From Escherichia coli (GTDB taxonomy: Bacteria > Pseudomonadota > Gammaproteobacteria > Enterobacterales > Enterobacteriaceae): a DNA stretch of 64,000 nt. The stretch lies in the NCBI RefSeq assembly GCF_024502345.1, contig NZ_JALDNN010000001.1; one strand, written 5' to 3'. How positions within the stretch are numbered: position 1 is the stretch's first letter; each line of letters starts with the position of its first letter. Below the pieces are notes generated by a model that searched no databases, had not been told where the DNA came from, and worked only from the letters and a program-made list of their open reading frames with translations. Positions 23,431-35,784 of this stretch are shown here, one piece after another. Position numbers and translations under genes: made by a program.

Positions 23431-25164
23431 GTGAAACAACAGATACAACTTCGTCGCCGTGAAGTCGATGAAACGGCAGACTTGCCCGCTGAATTGCCTC
23501 CCTTGCTGCGCCGTTTATACGCCAGCCGGGGAGTACGCAGTGCGCAAGAACTGGAACGCAGTGTTAAAGGTATGCTGCCCTGGCAGCAACTGAGCGGCGT
23601 CGAAAAGGCCGTTGAGATCCTTTACAACGCTTTTCGCGAAGGAACGCGGATTATTGTGGTCGGTGATTTTGATGCCGACGGCGCGACCAGCACGGCTCTA
23701 AGCGTGCTGGCGATGCGCTCGCTTGGTTGCAGCAATATCGACTATCTGGTACCAAACCGTTTCGAAGACGGTTACGGCTTAAGCCCGGAAGTAGTCGATC
23801 AGGCCCATGCCCGTGGCGCGCAGTTAATTGTCACGGTGGATAACGGTATTTCCTCCCATGCGGGCGTTGAACACGCTCGCTCGTTGGGCATTCCGGTTAT
23901 TGTTACCGATCACCATTTGCCGGGCGAAACATTACCCGCAGCGGAAGCGATCATTAACCCTAACTTGCGCGACTGTAATTTCCCGTCGAAATCACTGGCA
24001 GGCGTGGGTGTGGCGTTTTATCTGATGCTGGCGCTGCGCACCTTTTTGCGCGATCAGGGCTGGTTTGATGAGCGTGGCATCGCAATTCCTAACCTGGCAG
24101 AACTGCTGGATCTGGTCGCGCTGGGAACAGTGGCGGACGTCGTGCCGCTGGACGCTAATAATCGCATTCTGACCTGGCAGGGGATGAGTCGCATCCGTGC
24201 CGGAAAGTGCCGTCCAGGGATTAAAGCGCTGCTGGAAGTGGCAAACCGTGATGCACAAAAACTCGCCGCCAGCGATTTAGGTTTTGCGCTGGGGCCACGT
24301 CTCAATGCTGCCGGACGACTGGACGATATGTCCGTCGGTGTGGCGCTCTTGCTGTGCGACAACATCGGCGAAGCGCGCGTGCTGGCAAATGAACTCGATG
24401 CGCTAAACCAGACGCGAAAAGAGATCGAACAAGGAATGCAAGTTGAAGCCCTGACCCTGTGCGAGAAACTGGAGCGAAGTCGCGACACGCTACCCGGCGG
24501 GCTGGCAATGTATCACCCCGAATGGCATCAGGGCGTTGTCGGTATTCTGGCTTCGCGCATCAAAGAGCGTTTTCACCGTCCGGTTATCGCCTTTGCGCCA
24601 GCAGGTGATGGTACGCTGAAAGGTTCAGGTCGCTCCATTCAGGGGCTGCATATGCGTGATGCACTGGAGCGATTAGACACACTCTACCCTGGCATGATAC
24701 TGAAGTTTGGCGGTCATGCGATGGCGGCGGGTTTGTCGCTGGAAGAGGATAAATTCGAACTCTTTCAACAACGGTTTGGCGAACTGGTTACAGAGTGGCT
24801 GGACCCTTCGCTATTGCAAGGCGAAGTGGTGTCAGACGGTCCGTTAAGCCCGGCCGAAATGACCATGGAAGTGGCGCAGTTGCTGCGCGATGCTGGCCCG
24901 TGGGGGCAGATGTTCCCGGAGCCGCTGTTTGACGGTCATTTCCGTCTGCTGCAACAGCGGCTGGTGGGCGAACGTCATTTGAAGGTGATGGTCGAACCGG
25001 TCGGCGGCGGTCCACTGCTGGATGGTATTGCTTTTAATGTCGATACCGCCCTCTGGCCGGATAACGGCGTGCGCGAAGTGCAACTGGCTTACAAGCTCGA
25101 TATCAACGAGTTTCGCGGCAACCGCAGCCTGCAAATTATCATCGACAATATCTGGCCAATTTAG
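23431..25164 (+). CDS. recJ: single-stranded-DNA-specific 5'-3' exonuclease RecJ
   Basis: 577 aa; DHH phosphoesterase motifs (VVGDFDADGATS, DHH). Confidence 0.95.
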   Translation: MKQQIQLRRREVDETADLPAELPPLLRRLYASRGVRSAQELERSVKGMLPWQQLSGVEKAVEILYNAFREGTRIIVVGDFDADGATSTALSVLAMRSLGCSNIDYLVPNRFEDGYGLSPEVVDQAHARGAQLIVTVDNGISSHAGVEHARSLGIPVIVTDHHLPGETLPAAEAIINPNLRDCNFPSKSLAGVGVAFYLMLALRTFLRDQGWFDERGIAIPNLAELLDLVALGTVADVVPLDANNRILTWQGMSRIRAGKCRPGIKALLEVANRDAQKLAASDLGFALGPRLNAAGRLDDMSVGVALLLCDNIGEARVLANELDALNQTRKEIEQGMQVEALTLCEKLERSRDTLPGGLAMYHPEWHQGVVGILASRIKERFHRPVIAFAPAGDGTLKGSGRSIQGLHMRDALERLDTLYPGMILKFGGHAMAAGLSLEEDKFELFQQRFGELVTEWLDPSLLQGEVVSDGPLSPAEMTMEVAQLLRDAGPWGQMFPEPLFDGHFRLLQQRLVGERHLKVMVEPVGGGPLLDGIAFNVDTALWPDNGVREVQLAYKLDINEFRGNRSLQIIIDNIWPI

Positions 25165-25254
25165 CGTCATCTTCTCTATAAAAAAGAGCGTGGATTGGGT
25201 ACAATCCCGCTCTTATCACCGCATTTTGACTAGCTCAATAAAAGAAATCAGACC

Positions 25255-26353
25255 ATGTTTGAAATTAATCCGGTAAATAATCGCATTCAGGACCTCACGG
25301 AACGCTCCGACGTTCTTAGGGGGTATCTTTGACTACGACGCCAAGAAAGAGCGTCTGGAAGAAGTAAACGCCGAGCTGGAACAGCCGGATGTCTGGAACG
25401 AACCCGAACGCGCACAGGCGCTGGGTAAAGAGCGTTCCTCCCTCGAAGCCGTTGTCGACACCCTCGACCAAATGAAACAGGGGCTGGAAGATGTTTCTGG
25501 TCTGCTGGAACTGGCTGTAGAAGCTGACGACGAAGAAACCTTTAACGAAGCCGTTGCTGAACTCGACGCCCTGGAAGAAAAACTGGCGCAGCTTGAGTTC
25601 CGCCGTATGTTCTCTGGCGAATATGACAGCGCCGACTGCTACCTCGATATTCAGGCGGGGTCTGGCGGTACGGAAGCACAGGACTGGGCGAGCATGCTTG
25701 AGCGTATGTATCTGCGCTGGGCAGAATCGCGTGGTTTCAAAACTGAAATCATCGAAGAGTCGGAAGGTGAAGTGGCGGGTATTAAATCCGTGACGATCAA
25801 AATCTCCGGCGATTACGCTTACGGCTGGCTGCGTACAGAAACTGGCGTTCACCGCCTGGTGCGTAAAAGCCCGTTTGACTCCGGCGGTCGTCGCCACACA
25901 TCGTTCAGCTCTGCGTTTGTTTACCCGGAAGTTGATGATGATATTGATATCGAAATCAACCCGGCGGATCTGCGCATTGACGTTTATCGCGCGTCCGGCG
26001 CGGGCGGTCAGCACGTTAACCGTACCGAATCTGCGGTGCGTATTACCCACATCCCAACCGGGATCGTGACCCAATGCCAGAACGACCGTTCCCAGCACAA
26101 GAACAAAGACCAGGCCATGAAGCAGATGAAAGCGAAGCTTTATGAACTGGAGATGCAGAAGAAAAATGCCGAGAAACAGGCGATGGAAGATAACAAATCC
26201 GACATCGGCTGGGGCAGCCAGATTCGTTCTTATGTCCTTGATGACTCCCGCATTAAAGATCTGCGTACCGGGGTAGAAACCCGCAACACGCAGGCCGTGC
26301 TGGACGGCAGCCTGGATCAATTTATCGAAGCAAGTTTGAAAGCAGGGTTATGA
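25255..26353 (+). CDS. prfB: peptide chain release factor 2, with programmed +1 frameshift at CUU UGA C (25327-25333)
   Basis: Frame 0 from ATG 25255 gives [25 protein letters not shown] then an in-frame TGA at 25330-25332; the +1 frame from 25331 continues [12 protein letters not shown]... into ORF 25472..26353; AGGGGG SD-like element lies 3 nt upstream; GGQ motif present. Confidence 0.93.
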
Positions 26354-26362
26354 GGAACCAAC

Positions 26363-27880
26363 ATGTCTGAACAACACGCACAGGGCGCTGACGCGGTAGT
26401 CGATCTTAACAATGAACTGAAAACGCGTCGTGAGAAGCTGGCGAACCTGCGCGAGCAGGGGATTGCCTTCCCGAACGATTTCCGTCGCGATCATACCTCT
26501 GACCAATTGCACGCAGAATTCGACGGTAAAGAGAACGAAGAACTGGAAGCGCTGAACATCGAAGTCGCCGTTGCTGGCCGCATGATGACCCGCCGTATTA
26601 TGGGTAAAGCGTCTTTCGTTACCCTGCAGGATGTGGGTGGCCGCATTCAGCTGTACGTTGCCCGTGACGATCTGCCGGAAGGCGTTTACAACGAGCAGTT
26701 CAAAAAATGGGACCTCGGTGACATCCTCGGCGCGAAAGGTAAACTGTTCAAAACCAAAACCGGCGAACTGTCTATCCACTGTACCGAGCTGCGTCTGCTG
26801 ACCAAAGCACTGCGTCCGCTGCCGGATAAATTCCACGGCTTGCAGGATCAGGAAGCGCGCTATCGTCAGCGTTATCTGGATCTCATCTCTAACGATGAAT
26901 CCCGTAACACCTTTAAAGTGCGCTCGCAGATCCTCTCTGGTATTCGCCAGTTCATGGTGAACCGCGGCTTTATGGAAGTTGAAACGCCGATGATGCAGGT
27001 GATCCCTGGCGGTGCCGCTGCGCGTCCGTTTATCACCCACCATAACGCGCTGGATCTCGACATGTACCTGCGTATCGCGCCGGAACTGTACCTCAAGCGT
27101 CTGGTGGTCGGTGGCTTCGAGCGTGTATTCGAAATCAACCGTAACTTCCGTAACGAAGGTATCTCCGTACGTCATAACCCAGAGTTCACCATGATGGAAC
27201 TCTACATGGCTTACGCAGATTACAAAGATCTGATCGAGCTGACCGAATCGCTGTTCCGTACTCTGGCACAGGATATTCTCGGTAAGACGGAAGTGACCTA
27301 CGGCGACGTGACGCTGGACTTCGGTAAACCGTTCGAAAAACTGACCATGCGTGAAGCGATCAAGAAATATCGCCCGGAAACCGACATGGCGGATCTGGAT
27401 AACTTCGACTCTGCGAAAGCGATTGCTGAATCTATCGGTATCCACGTTGAGAAGAGCTGGGGTCTGGGCCGTATCGTTACCGAGATCTTCGAAGAAGTGG
27501 CAGAAGCACATCTGATTCAGCCGACCTTCATTACTGAATATCCGGCAGAAGTTTCTCCGCTGGCGCGTCGTAACGACATTAACCCGGAAATCACAGACCG
27601 CTTTGAGTTCTTCATCGGTGGTCGTGAAATCGGTAACGGCTTTAGCGAGCTGAATGACGCGGAAGATCAGGCGCAACGCTTCCTGGATCAGGTTGCCGCG
27701 AAAGACGCAGGTGACGACGAAGCGATGTTCTACGATGAAGATTACGTTACCGCACTGGAACATGGCTTACCGCCGACAGCAGGTCTGGGGATTGGCATCG
27801 ACCGTATGGTAATGCTGTTCACCAACAGCCATACCATCCGCGACGTTATTCTGTTCCCGGCGATGCGTCCGGTAAAATAA
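26363..27880 (+). CDS. lysS: lysyl-tRNA synthetase (constitutive)
   Basis: 505 aa; class II aaRS motifs. Confidence 0.95.
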   Translation: MSEQHAQGADAVVDLNNELKTRREKLANLREQGIAFPNDFRRDHTSDQLHAEFDGKENEELEALNIEVAVAGRMMTRRIMGKASFVTLQDVGGRIQLYVARDDLPEGVYNEQFKKWDLGDILGAKGKLFKTKTGELSIHCTELRLLTKALRPLPDKFHGLQDQEARYRQRYLDLISNDESRNTFKVRSQILSGIRQFMVNRGFMEVETPMMQVIPGGAAARPFITHHNALDLDMYLRIAPELYLKRLVVGGFERVFEINRNFRNEGISVRHNPEFTMMELYMAYADYKDLIELTESLFRTLAQDILGKTEVTYGDVTLDFGKPFEKLTMREAIKKYRPETDMADLDNFDSAKAIAESIGIHVEKSWGLGRIVTEIFEEVAEAHLIQPTFITEYPAEVSPLARRNDINPEITDRFEFFIGGREIGNGFSELNDAEDQAQRFLDQVAAKDAGDDEAMFYDEDYVTALEHGLPPTAGLGIGIDRMVMLFTNSHTIRDVILFPAMRPVK

Positions 27881-27898
27881 GCATTACGTTATGCTCAC

Positions 27899-27926
27899 AA
27901 CCCCGGCAAATGTCGGGGTTTTTTAA
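27899..27926. terminator. bidirectional rho-independent terminator between lysS and idi
   Basis: AACCCCGGCAAATGTCGGGGTTTTTT; the T-run overlaps the idi stop codon. Confidence 0.75.
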
Positions 27927-28471
27927 TTGTGCTGCGCGAAAGTAGACAACAATTTTCTTGCTTCACTATTGGCTGCCTGCATCACCATCCACGGACTGAA
28001 CGCCCACGGTGTGGCATCAATACCGTGTAATACATCTGCTAAATCACACCATTGATAATCCATCACTTCATCATCGTTGATCTGTAACGCACTGGTGGTG
28101 CGTGCGGCAAATACCGGACACACTTCATTTTCCACAATGCCATTCGGATCGGTGGCGCGATAGCGAAAGTCAGGATAGATAGATTCAGGAGGCGTAATTT
28201 CCACGCCAAGCTCATAACGGCAACGGCGGATCACCGCGTCTTCGTTGCTTTCTCCCAGTTGTGGGTGCCCACAAACCGAGTTAGTCCACACGCCAGGCCA
28301 CGCTTTTTTGCTCAGTGCGCGGCGGGTAACTAATAATTGTCCTTTGGCATTAAACAGCCAACTGGAGAACGCGAGATGTAAGCGGGTGTCTGCCGTGTGT
28401 GCGGCATACTTTTCCAGCGTACCCGTGGGAACTCCCTGTGCATTCAATAAAATGACGTGTTCCGTTTGCAT
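27923..28471 (-). CDS. idi: isopentenyl-diphosphate delta-isomerase (Nudix type)
   Basis: 182 aa; [41 protein letters not shown]... Confidence 0.93.
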   Translation of the reverse strand: MQTEHVILLNAQGVPTGTLEKYAAHTADTRLHLAFSSWLFNAKGQLLVTRRALSKKAWPGVWTNSVCGHPQLGESNEDAVIRRCRYELGVEITPPESIYPDFRYRATDPNGIVENEVCPVFAARTTSALQINDDEVMDYQWCDLADVLHGIDATPWAFSPWMVMQAANSEARKLLSTFAQHN

Positions 28472-28720
28472 AATTTCTCACATGTAATTCTGATCACTCA
28501 TCATTATAGATAATTGAAGAGTGAAATGATTAACCAAGTGAGCGTTTATCGACAACCGCCCGTTTTGAGCGGATGCCGACAGGTAAAAACCATTTAAAAA
28601 AGTAGCATCATATATTTGAAGCGACTTTCAATGGCCATTGCAACACAGTCAGAAATGACAGGAATAGAGAGAGTAAAAAGCAACAGCAGACTGAATATAG
28701 CGCGCATTAAAAAATTCATA

Positions 28721-30169
28721 TTATTCTCCATGCTCATTTTTCTTCAGCTTGCGCATCAGAAGCCACATACGTACTGTCCTGACTTTTAAATCTTTATCAG
28801 AGACGGATTCCTTCACCAGGTCAGCATGATGCTGATAGCCATTAAAGAAGACGTTCAGCACAACGGCGCTAAGGGTTGCGAGCATAATGCCGCTATGTAG
28901 CAGCGGTTGCAGTACGGCCGGTAACTTAGAAAAGAAATCGTGAGAGAGCGTCGGAGTCATGCCAACGCCGAGACTGATCGCCACAATATAGAGGTTGTAA
29001 CGGTTGGTGGTGTAGTTACAGCGCGACAAAATTCGAATCCCTGTCGCCAGTACCATGCCGAACATCACTAGACCAGCGCCGCCCAGCACAAATTGCGGAA
29101 TGGAGGCTACCAGCACCGCCATTTTTGGCACCATGCCAAACAGGATTAATATAATTCCCGAAGAAATACACACCCAGCGGCTATGAACGCGCGTCACGCT
29201 AACCAGGCCAACGTTTTGTGAAAATGACGTGTGGGGGAAGCTGTTAAACGTGCCGCCTATCATTGTCCCTACGCCATCGACACGCAGCCCGCGAATAATA
29301 TCGTGCGAAGAGAGTTTACGACCGACTATTTCACCCAGTGCCAGGAACATCCCCATCGACTCGATAAACACGATGATTAACACGGCAGTCATGGTCAGAA
29401 TGGAAACGGGATCGAAAATCGGCATACCAAACGACATCGGCGTAACAATCGCAAACCATGAAGCATCATGTAGCCCGGATAAATTGACTTCATTCATCAT
29501 CCACGAAAGTAAAAAGCCAAATACAATCCCCAGTAATACTGCGACGTTGGACATAAATCCTTTCGCATAGCGAGTAATGAGCAAGATAAAAATTAAGACG
29601 GCAAAGGAGATACCTAAATAAACGGGATTACCATATTGCGGATTCCCTTTACCTCCGGCGGCCCAGTCAATGCCCACCTGAATGATGCTAAGCCCGATAG
29701 AAGTAATAACCACACCGGTAACCAGTGGCGGGAATAAAGGCATCAAGCGACCGATAAGTGGCGCTAATAATGTGGTGATAAAACCCGCGGCGATAGTGGC
29801 ACCAAATATCCCCAGCAGGCCGATATCCGGGTTCATCCCAATGGCTATCATTGGTGTTACAGCAGCAAAGGTCACCGACATAATCACCGGCAGGCGGATC
29901 CCCATAAAGCGGCCGATACCGATACATTGCAATAATGTGACGATCCCGCAGCAAAAGAGATCCGAGCTAATGAGCATCGCAATAGCTTCTTTTGAGAGGC
30001 CCAGTCGGTCACCAATCATAAGAGGAACAGCGACTGCACCTGCGTACATGACAAGGACGTGTTGCAGACCGAGTATGATCAGCTTTCCTGGTGATAATAT
30101 GCGGTCAACCTCATCAGTTGGGCGGTCTTGCCCAGAAGATGAGGGAAGTTGGGAATCTATGGCGCTCAT
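28721..30169 (-). CDS. uacT: uric acid:H+ symporter (NCS2/NAT family)
   Basis: ORF 28721..30298; start at MSAIDSQLPSSSGQDR (complement of 30167-30169), 482 aa; polytopic membrane protein. Confidence 0.9.
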   Translation of the reverse strand: MSAIDSQLPSSSGQDRPTDEVDRILSPGKLIILGLQHVLVMYAGAVAVPLMIGDRLGLSKEAIAMLISSDLFCCGIVTLLQCIGIGRFMGIRLPVIMSVTFAAVTPMIAIGMNPDIGLLGIFGATIAAGFITTLLAPLIGRLMPLFPPLVTGVVITSIGLSIIQVGIDWAAGGKGNPQYGNPVYLGISFAVLIFILLITRYAKGFMSNVAVLLGIVFGFLLSWMMNEVNLSGLHDASWFAIVTPMSFGMPIFDPVSILTMTAVLIIVFIESMGMFLALGEIVGRKLSSHDIIRGLRVDGVGTMIGGTFNSFPHTSFSQNVGLVSVTRVHSRWVCISSGIILILFGMVPKMAVLVASIPQFVLGGAGLVMFGMVLATGIRILSRCNYTTNRYNLYIVAISLGVGMTPTLSHDFFSKLPAVLQPLLHSGIMLATLSAVVLNVFFNGYQHHADLVKESVSDKDLKVRTVRMWLLMRKLKKNEHGE

Positions 30170-30604
30170 CAGTGTTTCTCCTTTCGCCCGCCAGAGTAAA
30201 AAGCAACCGTTTACGTTAATGAAACTGTCTAAACACATGCTCGTGGAGTGCCAGTTTTTGCGAGGAAGGGGAGTTAGAGACAGGAATTGCGGAGGCAATC
30301 ACATAATCGTGGTTAAACCACGAAAATGAGAAGAGAACCTGACAATGAAATTATCTGTAATTTTCTCATATTGATATTTCATTAATCATTCTGGCATGTC
30401 GCACTCTCGCATTTAATCGTTTTTATCTGGATAGCGCTCTTTTGGTCGGCAATGTTGAAATAATGAAAGCGGCATAGATTGAGGGGCAATAATTTGAACT
30501 CAGTCGCAAAATTATAATTAAAACGGTCATGCTACCTAATATATGCCCGTTTATTGCATCGCGAAATTTGAGAAGACATAACTCATTAAATGAAAGGGAT
30601 GCAA

Positions 30605-32524
30605 ATGAATAAGTTTATCGCTGCTGAAGCTGCGGAATGTATAGGCTGTCATGCTTGTGAAATTGCCTGTGCGGTGGCACACAATCAAGAAAACTGGCCG
30701 CTGAGTCACAGTGACTTTCGACCGCGTATCCACGTTGTAGGGAAAGGCCAGGCTGCGAATCCGGTGGCCTGCCATCACTGCAACAATGCCCCTTGCGTTA
30801 CGGCTTGTCCGGTTAATGCTCTGACTTTCCAGTCCGATAGCGTACAACTGGACGAGCAAAAATGTATTGGTTGTAAAAGATGCGCAATCGCTTGCCCCTT
30901 TGGCGTCGTTGAGATGGTCGATACGATTGCGCAGAAATGCGACCTTTGCAACCAGCGCAGTTTCGGCACGCAAGCCTGTATTGAAGTCTGCCCAACACAG
31001 GCTTTACGGCTGATGGACGATAAAGGGTTACAGCAGATAAAGGTGGCCCGCCAGCGCAAAACGGCAGCAGGAAAAGCGTCATCAGACGCTCAGCCATCTC
31101 GCAGTGCAGCGTTGCTCCCCGTTAACTCGCGTAAAGGCGCAGATAAAATTTCAGCAAGTGAACGGAAAAACCACTTTGGCAAAATCTATTGCGGGCTGGA
31201 TCCACAACAAGCGACTTATGAGAGTGACCGCTGTGTTTATTGTGCCGAAAAAGCTAACTGCAACTGGCATTGCCCGCTGCATAACGCTATTCCGGATTAC
31301 ATCCGTCTGGTACAGGAGGGAAAGATTATTGAAGCGGCAGAACTTTGCCACCAGACCAGTTCCTTACCAGAAATCTGCGGCAGGGTATGTCCACAGGACC
31401 GTCTTTGTGAAGGCGCATGTACTTTGAAAGATCACTCTGGCGCAGTCACTATCGGTAATCTGGAACGCTACATCACCGATACCGCGCTGGCGATGGGCTG
31501 GCGTCCCGATGTCAGCAAAGTTGTTCCCCGTAGCGAAAAAGTGGCGGTGATTGGGGCTGGGCCAGCAGGGTTAGGGTGTGCTGATATTCTGGCGCGCGCA
31601 GGAGTTCAGGTCGATGTCTTTGATCGCCATCCAGAAATTGGCGGTATGCTGACTTTTGGCATTCCTCCTTTCAAACTCGATAAAACGGTATTAAGCCAGC
31701 GGCGAGAGATATTCACCGCAATGGGAATCGACTTTCATCTTAACTGTGAAATTGGCCGCGATATTACCTTTAGCGATTTAACTTCTGAATATGATGCAGT
31801 TTTCATCGGCGTGGGGACTTACGGGATGATGCGAGCAGATCTGCCGCATGAAGATGCGCCCGGTGTCATTCAGGCTCTACCGTTCCTGACTGCCCATACC
31901 CGCCAGCTCATGGGATTGCCGGAGTCTGAAGAGTATCCGCTGACGGACGTGGAAGGTAAGCGAGTCGTGGTATTGGGCGGTGGCGATACGACAATGGATT
32001 GTTTGCGGACTTCCATTCGCCTCAATGCTGCCAGCGTGACCTGCGCGTATCGTCGTGATGAAGTCAGTATGCCGGGCTCGCGCAAAGAGGTGGTCAATGC
32101 GCGCGAGGAAGGTGTCGAGTTTCAGTTCAATGTTCAGCCGCAATATATCGCTTGTGACGAAGATGGGCGTTTAACTGCAGTGGGCCTGATTCGTACCGCC
32201 ATGGGGGAGCCGGGGCCGGATGGTCGCCGTCGTCCTCGTCCGGTAGCGGGTTCAGAGTTTGAATTGCCCGCCGATGTTCTCATTATGGCCTTTGGTTTCC
32301 AGGCGCATGCCATGCCGTGGTTGCAGGGCAGCGGAATTAAACTCGATAAATGGGGCCTGATTCAAACCGGTGACGTCGGGTATTTACCTACCCAGACGCA
32401 TCTGAAAAAAGTCTTTGCTGGTGGGGATGCAGTTCATGGCGCGGATCTGGTTGTCACTGCCATGGCCGCAGGAAGGCAGGCGGCGCGCGATATGTTAACT
32501 CTGTTTGATACGAAGGCATCGTGA
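30605..32524 (+). CDS. ygfT: putative Fe-S/FAD oxidoreductase (glutamate synthase small-subunit-like, with N-terminal ferredoxin domain)
   Basis: ORF 30590..32524; start at [19 protein letters not shown]; several CxxCxxCxxxCP clusters followed by GAGPAG dinucleotide-binding motifs; 639 aa. Confidence 0.9.
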   Translation: MNKFIAAEAAECIGCHACEIACAVAHNQENWPLSHSDFRPRIHVVGKGQAANPVACHHCNNAPCVTACPVNALTFQSDSVQLDEQKCIGCKRCAIACPFGVVEMVDTIAQKCDLCNQRSFGTQACIEVCPTQALRLMDDKGLQQIKVARQRKTAAGKASSDAQPSRSAALLPVNSRKGADKISASERKNHFGKIYCGLDPQQATYESDRCVYCAEKANCNWHCPLHNAIPDYIRLVQEGKIIEAAELCHQTSSLPEICGRVCPQDRLCEGACTLKDHSGAVTIGNLERYITDTALAMGWRPDVSKVVPRSEKVAVIGAGPAGLGCADILARAGVQVDVFDRHPEIGGMLTFGIPPFKLDKTVLSQRREIFTAMGIDFHLNCEIGRDITFSDLTSEYDAVFIGVGTYGMMRADLPHEDAPGVIQALPFLTAHTRQLMGLPESEEYPLTDVEGKRVVVLGGGDTTMDCLRTSIRLNAASVTCAYRRDEVSMPGSRKEVVNAREEGVEFQFNVQPQYIACDEDGRLTAVGLIRTAMGEPGPDGRRRPRPVAGSEFELPADVLIMAFGFQAHAMPWLQGSGIKLDKWGLIQTGDVGYLPTQTHLKKVFAGGDAVHGADLVVTAMAAGRQAARDMLTLFDTKAS

Positions 32525-33012
32525 TGAAATCGTTAATTATCGTTAATCCGGCTGACTGTATTGGCTGCCGTACTTGTGAAGTGGCCTGTGTGGTCGCTCA
32601 CCCTTCAGAACAGGAGTTGAATGCCGATGTCTTTTTACCCCGGCTGAAGGTACAGCGACTGGACTGCATCAGTGCGCCGGTGATGTGCCATCAGTGTGAA
32701 AACGCCCCTTGTGTTGGCGCTTGCCCCGTGGGGGCGCTGGCGATGGGCGAGCAGGTGGTGCAGACCAATTCTGCCCGTTGTATTGGCTGTCAGAGCTGTG
32801 TCAGTGCGTGTCCGTTTGGGATGATCACCATTCAGTCGTTGCCGGGGGATACCCGGCAACAAATCGTGAAATGCGATCTCTGTGAACAGCGGGAAGAGGG
32901 GCCAGCCTGCGTTGAATCTTGCCCGACACAGGCGCTGCAGTTGCTTACTGAAAGAGAACTCAGGCGAATCCGCCAGCAGCGTATTGTTGCCAGCGGTGAG
33001 AATCCTCTCTGA
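32521..33012 (+). CDS. ygfS: 4Fe-4S ferredoxin-type protein
   Basis: 163 aa with four CxxCxxCxxxCP-type motifs; ATGA overlap with the ygfT stop. Confidence 0.9.
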   Translation: MMKSLIIVNPADCIGCRTCEVACVVAHPSEQELNADVFLPRLKVQRLDCISAPVMCHQCENAPCVGACPVGALAMGEQVVQTNSARCIGCQSCVSACPFGMITIQSLPGDTRQQIVKCDLCEQREEGPACVESCPTQALQLLTERELRRIRQQRIVASGENPL

Positions 33013-33018
33013 AAGAAA

Positions 33019-33042
33019 TCTCCGCGCTGAAAGGCGCGGAGA
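33019..33042. terminator. bidirectional hairpin terminator between ygfS and ghxQ
   Basis: TCTCCGCGCTGAAAGGCGCGGAGA perfect palindrome between convergent genes. Confidence 0.65.
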
Positions 33043-33047
33043 ATCTA

Positions 33048-34415
33048 TTAGATTGCCCAACCACCCGCGTAAAATGCGACCAGTGCGGCAGTAATGATCA
33101 CCGTACCAATATTCAGCTTTTGCCATTCGCGTGCAAAGACGCGGCCTACGACCAGTGTCACAAAGCCCAGCATAATACCGGTAACGATATTACAAGTTAG
33201 AACGATGAACACGGCACACACCAGGCCAGCCATAGCGTCAATAAAATCATTGAAATCCAGCTTCGAGACGTTACTTAACATCAGCAAACCTACGTACATC
33301 AGAGCGGGTGCAGTGGCGTAACCAGGGATCAAAAATGACAGCGGTGATAAGAACAGAATCAGCAGGAATAACGCCCCCACTACGGTTGCGGTTAACCCTG
33401 TTTTACCCCCGGCGGCGGTTCCTGCCGCTGATTCGATATAAACCGCTGCGGGCGCTGCGCCCACCAGGCCGGAGAATATTGAACTTACTGAGTCACTGGT
33501 CAGGGCTTTGCCGCCGTTGATGATCTGGTTGTCTTTATCCAACAAATTCGCCTGACCGGCGACGGCACGGATGGTGCCAGTGGCGTCGAACACTGCGGTC
33601 ATCACCAATGCCAGTACACTCGGAAGTACAGTTGGCTGGAGTGCGCCCATAATATCGAGGCTAAAAATCAGAGACTTACCATCTTCGCCAGTCAGGCTTG
33701 GCATCGCCACCAGACCGTGGTATTTCACCGCTGGATCAAAGATTAAGCCGATGATCGAGATGGCAATAATCACCAACAAGATCCCGCCGGGTACGCGGCA
33801 CTTTTCCAGGCCGAAGATGACCGCCAGCCCCAGCAAGCTCATCATCACCGGGAAGGAGGTAAACGCACCGAGCGCCACTGGCAAGCCTTCAATCGGGTTT
33901 TTGATAACCATTCCCACACCGTTAGCAGCAATCAGCAGCAGAAACAGGCCGATACCGATACCTGTACCGTGAGCTATCCCCATCGGTAAATTACGTAAGA
34001 TCCAGGTACGCACCCCGGTTACGGAAATGGCGGTGAAGATGACGCCCATCAGAAAGACCGCGCCCAGTGCGACAGGAACGCTAATTTGTTGCCCGAGTAC
34101 CAGACTGAATGCGGTAAACGCCGTCAAGGAAATCGCGCAACCAATCGCCATTGGCAAATTGGCCCATAATCCCATCAGCAACGAGCCGAAGCCCGCGACC
34201 AGACAGGTGGCAACAAACACAGCTGCGGGAGGAAAACCTGCTTTGCCCAGCATTCCCGGAACGACGATAACGGAATAAACCATGGCCAGAAAGGTCGTTA
34301 AGCCAGCCAGTACTTCCTGACGAACAGTACTGCCACGAGCGGTAATTTTAAAATAATTATCCAGCGCGCCCTGTGGCTTTGGTGCGTCCGGTGTTTGTAG
34401 GATGTCTCCAGACAT
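33048..34415 (-). CDS. ghxQ: guanine/hypoxanthine permease (AzgA-like NCS2 family)
   Basis: 455 aa, polytopic; [34 protein letters not shown]... Confidence 0.9.
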   Translation of the reverse strand: MSGDILQTPDAPKPQGALDNYFKITARGSTVRQEVLAGLTTFLAMVYSVIVVPGMLGKAGFPPAAVFVATCLVAGFGSLLMGLWANLPMAIGCAISLTAFTAFSLVLGQQISVPVALGAVFLMGVIFTAISVTGVRTWILRNLPMGIAHGTGIGIGLFLLLIAANGVGMVIKNPIEGLPVALGAFTSFPVMMSLLGLAVIFGLEKCRVPGGILLVIIAISIIGLIFDPAVKYHGLVAMPSLTGEDGKSLIFSLDIMGALQPTVLPSVLALVMTAVFDATGTIRAVAGQANLLDKDNQIINGGKALTSDSVSSIFSGLVGAAPAAVYIESAAGTAAGGKTGLTATVVGALFLLILFLSPLSFLIPGYATAPALMYVGLLMLSNVSKLDFNDFIDAMAGLVCAVFIVLTCNIVTGIMLGFVTLVVGRVFAREWQKLNIGTVIITAALVAFYAGGWAI

Positions 34416-34450
34416 AATGATGTCCTCACGAGGATGTAAAAGTTTTATTA

Positions 34451-35770
34451 TTAGTTGCGTTCGTACACCAGACGACCATCAACGTAGGTGCGGTAGATCG
34501 AACGGTCATCGCCCAACGTCATCATCACGAACAATTTGTCGACTAAAGAAACAGAGTTGTCATAGCGCAGCTGCTGTAGCGGAGTGGCGGTGGGTTCCAT
34601 CACCACGAAATCAGCCTCTTTGCCAGGTAAAAAGTTGCCAATCAAATCGTCAAGGCCCAGAGATTTCGCTCCGCCGAGCGTGGCCAGGTAAAACGCTTCA
34701 TATGCCGAGAGGCGATAGCCTTGTAATTGCAACACTTTGTAGGCTTCGTTCAGCGTTTGCAGCATGTTGAAAGTGGTTCCGGCACCGATATCCGTTCCCA
34801 TGCCCACTTTGACTTTCTTCTGCCATGCTTTTTTCAAGTTGAATAAGCCGCTGCCGAGGTAAAGGTTGGAGGTCGGACAGAAAGCAATGCTGGATTTGGT
34901 TTCGCTGAGACGATCCCACTCTTTTTCTTCGAGATGGACGCAGTGAGCAAAGACACAGTTTTTACCGGTCAGGCCGTACTGATGGTAAACATCCAGATAA
35001 CCATCATGGTCAGGATAAAGCGAGTTCACCCAGGCAATTTCATCTTTGTTTTCACAGAGATGGGTATGTACCCACGTATCCGGATATTCCTCTTTCAGGC
35101 GTTGCGCCATCGCCATCTGTTCAGGAGAAGAAGTAGGGGCGAAGCGTGGTGTAATCGCATATAGCAGACGACCATTTTTGTGCCAGCGTTCAATCAGTTC
35201 TTTGCTTTGGTGATAGCTGCTTTCGGCAGTGTCGAGCAGATAATCCGGTGCGTTACGGTCCATCATCACCTTACCGGCAATCATACGCATATTGATATGA
35301 CTGGCGGCTTCAAACAGCGCATCAACGGATTGCGGATGAACAGTGCCAAACACCAGCGCCGTGGTGGTTCCGTTACGTAAAAGCTGCTTGATGAAGAACG
35401 CCGACATTTCGCGGGCGTACTCTAAATCCTCATAACGCCGTTCAGTAGGGAAGGTGTGTTTATTCAACCACTCCAGCAATTGCTCACCATAGGCCCCCAC
35501 CATTTCACTTTGCGGATAATGGATATGTGTATCGACAAAGCCCGGTACTATCAGTTTGCCGCGATAGTCGCGCACGCGAATGGTGTCAGGAATTTGATGC
35601 TTTCCGTTTTCCCATTCGCCAAACCATTCCACTTTTCCCTGTTTAATGAGTAATAAACCATCCTCAATAAACCGCAGCGCAGAGGCAATCTCTTCCGGGT
35701 TATCGACCGTACGGGTGACATCAATAAAACTGCCTCGTACCGCTTTTAACGTGTGTTCTCCTGACATCAT
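34451..35770 (-). CDS. guaD: guanine deaminase
   Basis: ORF 34451..35890; start at [15 protein letters not shown] (complement of 35765-35770); amidohydrolase metal site ([12 protein letters not shown]); 439 aa. Confidence 0.92.
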   Translation of the reverse strand: MMSGEHTLKAVRGSFIDVTRTVDNPEEIASALRFIEDGLLLIKQGKVEWFGEWENGKHQIPDTIRVRDYRGKLIVPGFVDTHIHYPQSEMVGAYGEQLLEWLNKHTFPTERRYEDLEYAREMSAFFIKQLLRNGTTTALVFGTVHPQSVDALFEAASHINMRMIAGKVMMDRNAPDYLLDTAESSYHQSKELIERWHKNGRLLYAITPRFAPTSSPEQMAMAQRLKEEYPDTWVHTHLCENKDEIAWVNSLYPDHDGYLDVYHQYGLTGKNCVFAHCVHLEEKEWDRLSETKSSIAFCPTSNLYLGSGLFNLKKAWQKKVKVGMGTDIGAGTTFNMLQTLNEAYKVLQLQGYRLSAYEAFYLATLGGAKSLGLDDLIGNFLPGKEADFVVMEPTATPLQQLRYDNSVSLVDKLFVMMTLGDDRSIYRTYVDGRLVYERN

Positions 35771-35784
35771 TGACTCCTTTACTG

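Noticed and set aside
25327-25335. Apparent premature stop in prfB suggesting a pseudogene
   Set aside because: This is the known programmed +1 frameshift site of RF2 with all its hallmarks; the gene is intact.
28500-28720. Small ORF (MINQVSVYRQPPVLSGCRQVKTI) in the idi–uacT intergenic region
   Set aside because: Only 23 codons, no convincing RBS and no recognisable features; most likely non-coding promoter/leader sequence for uacT.
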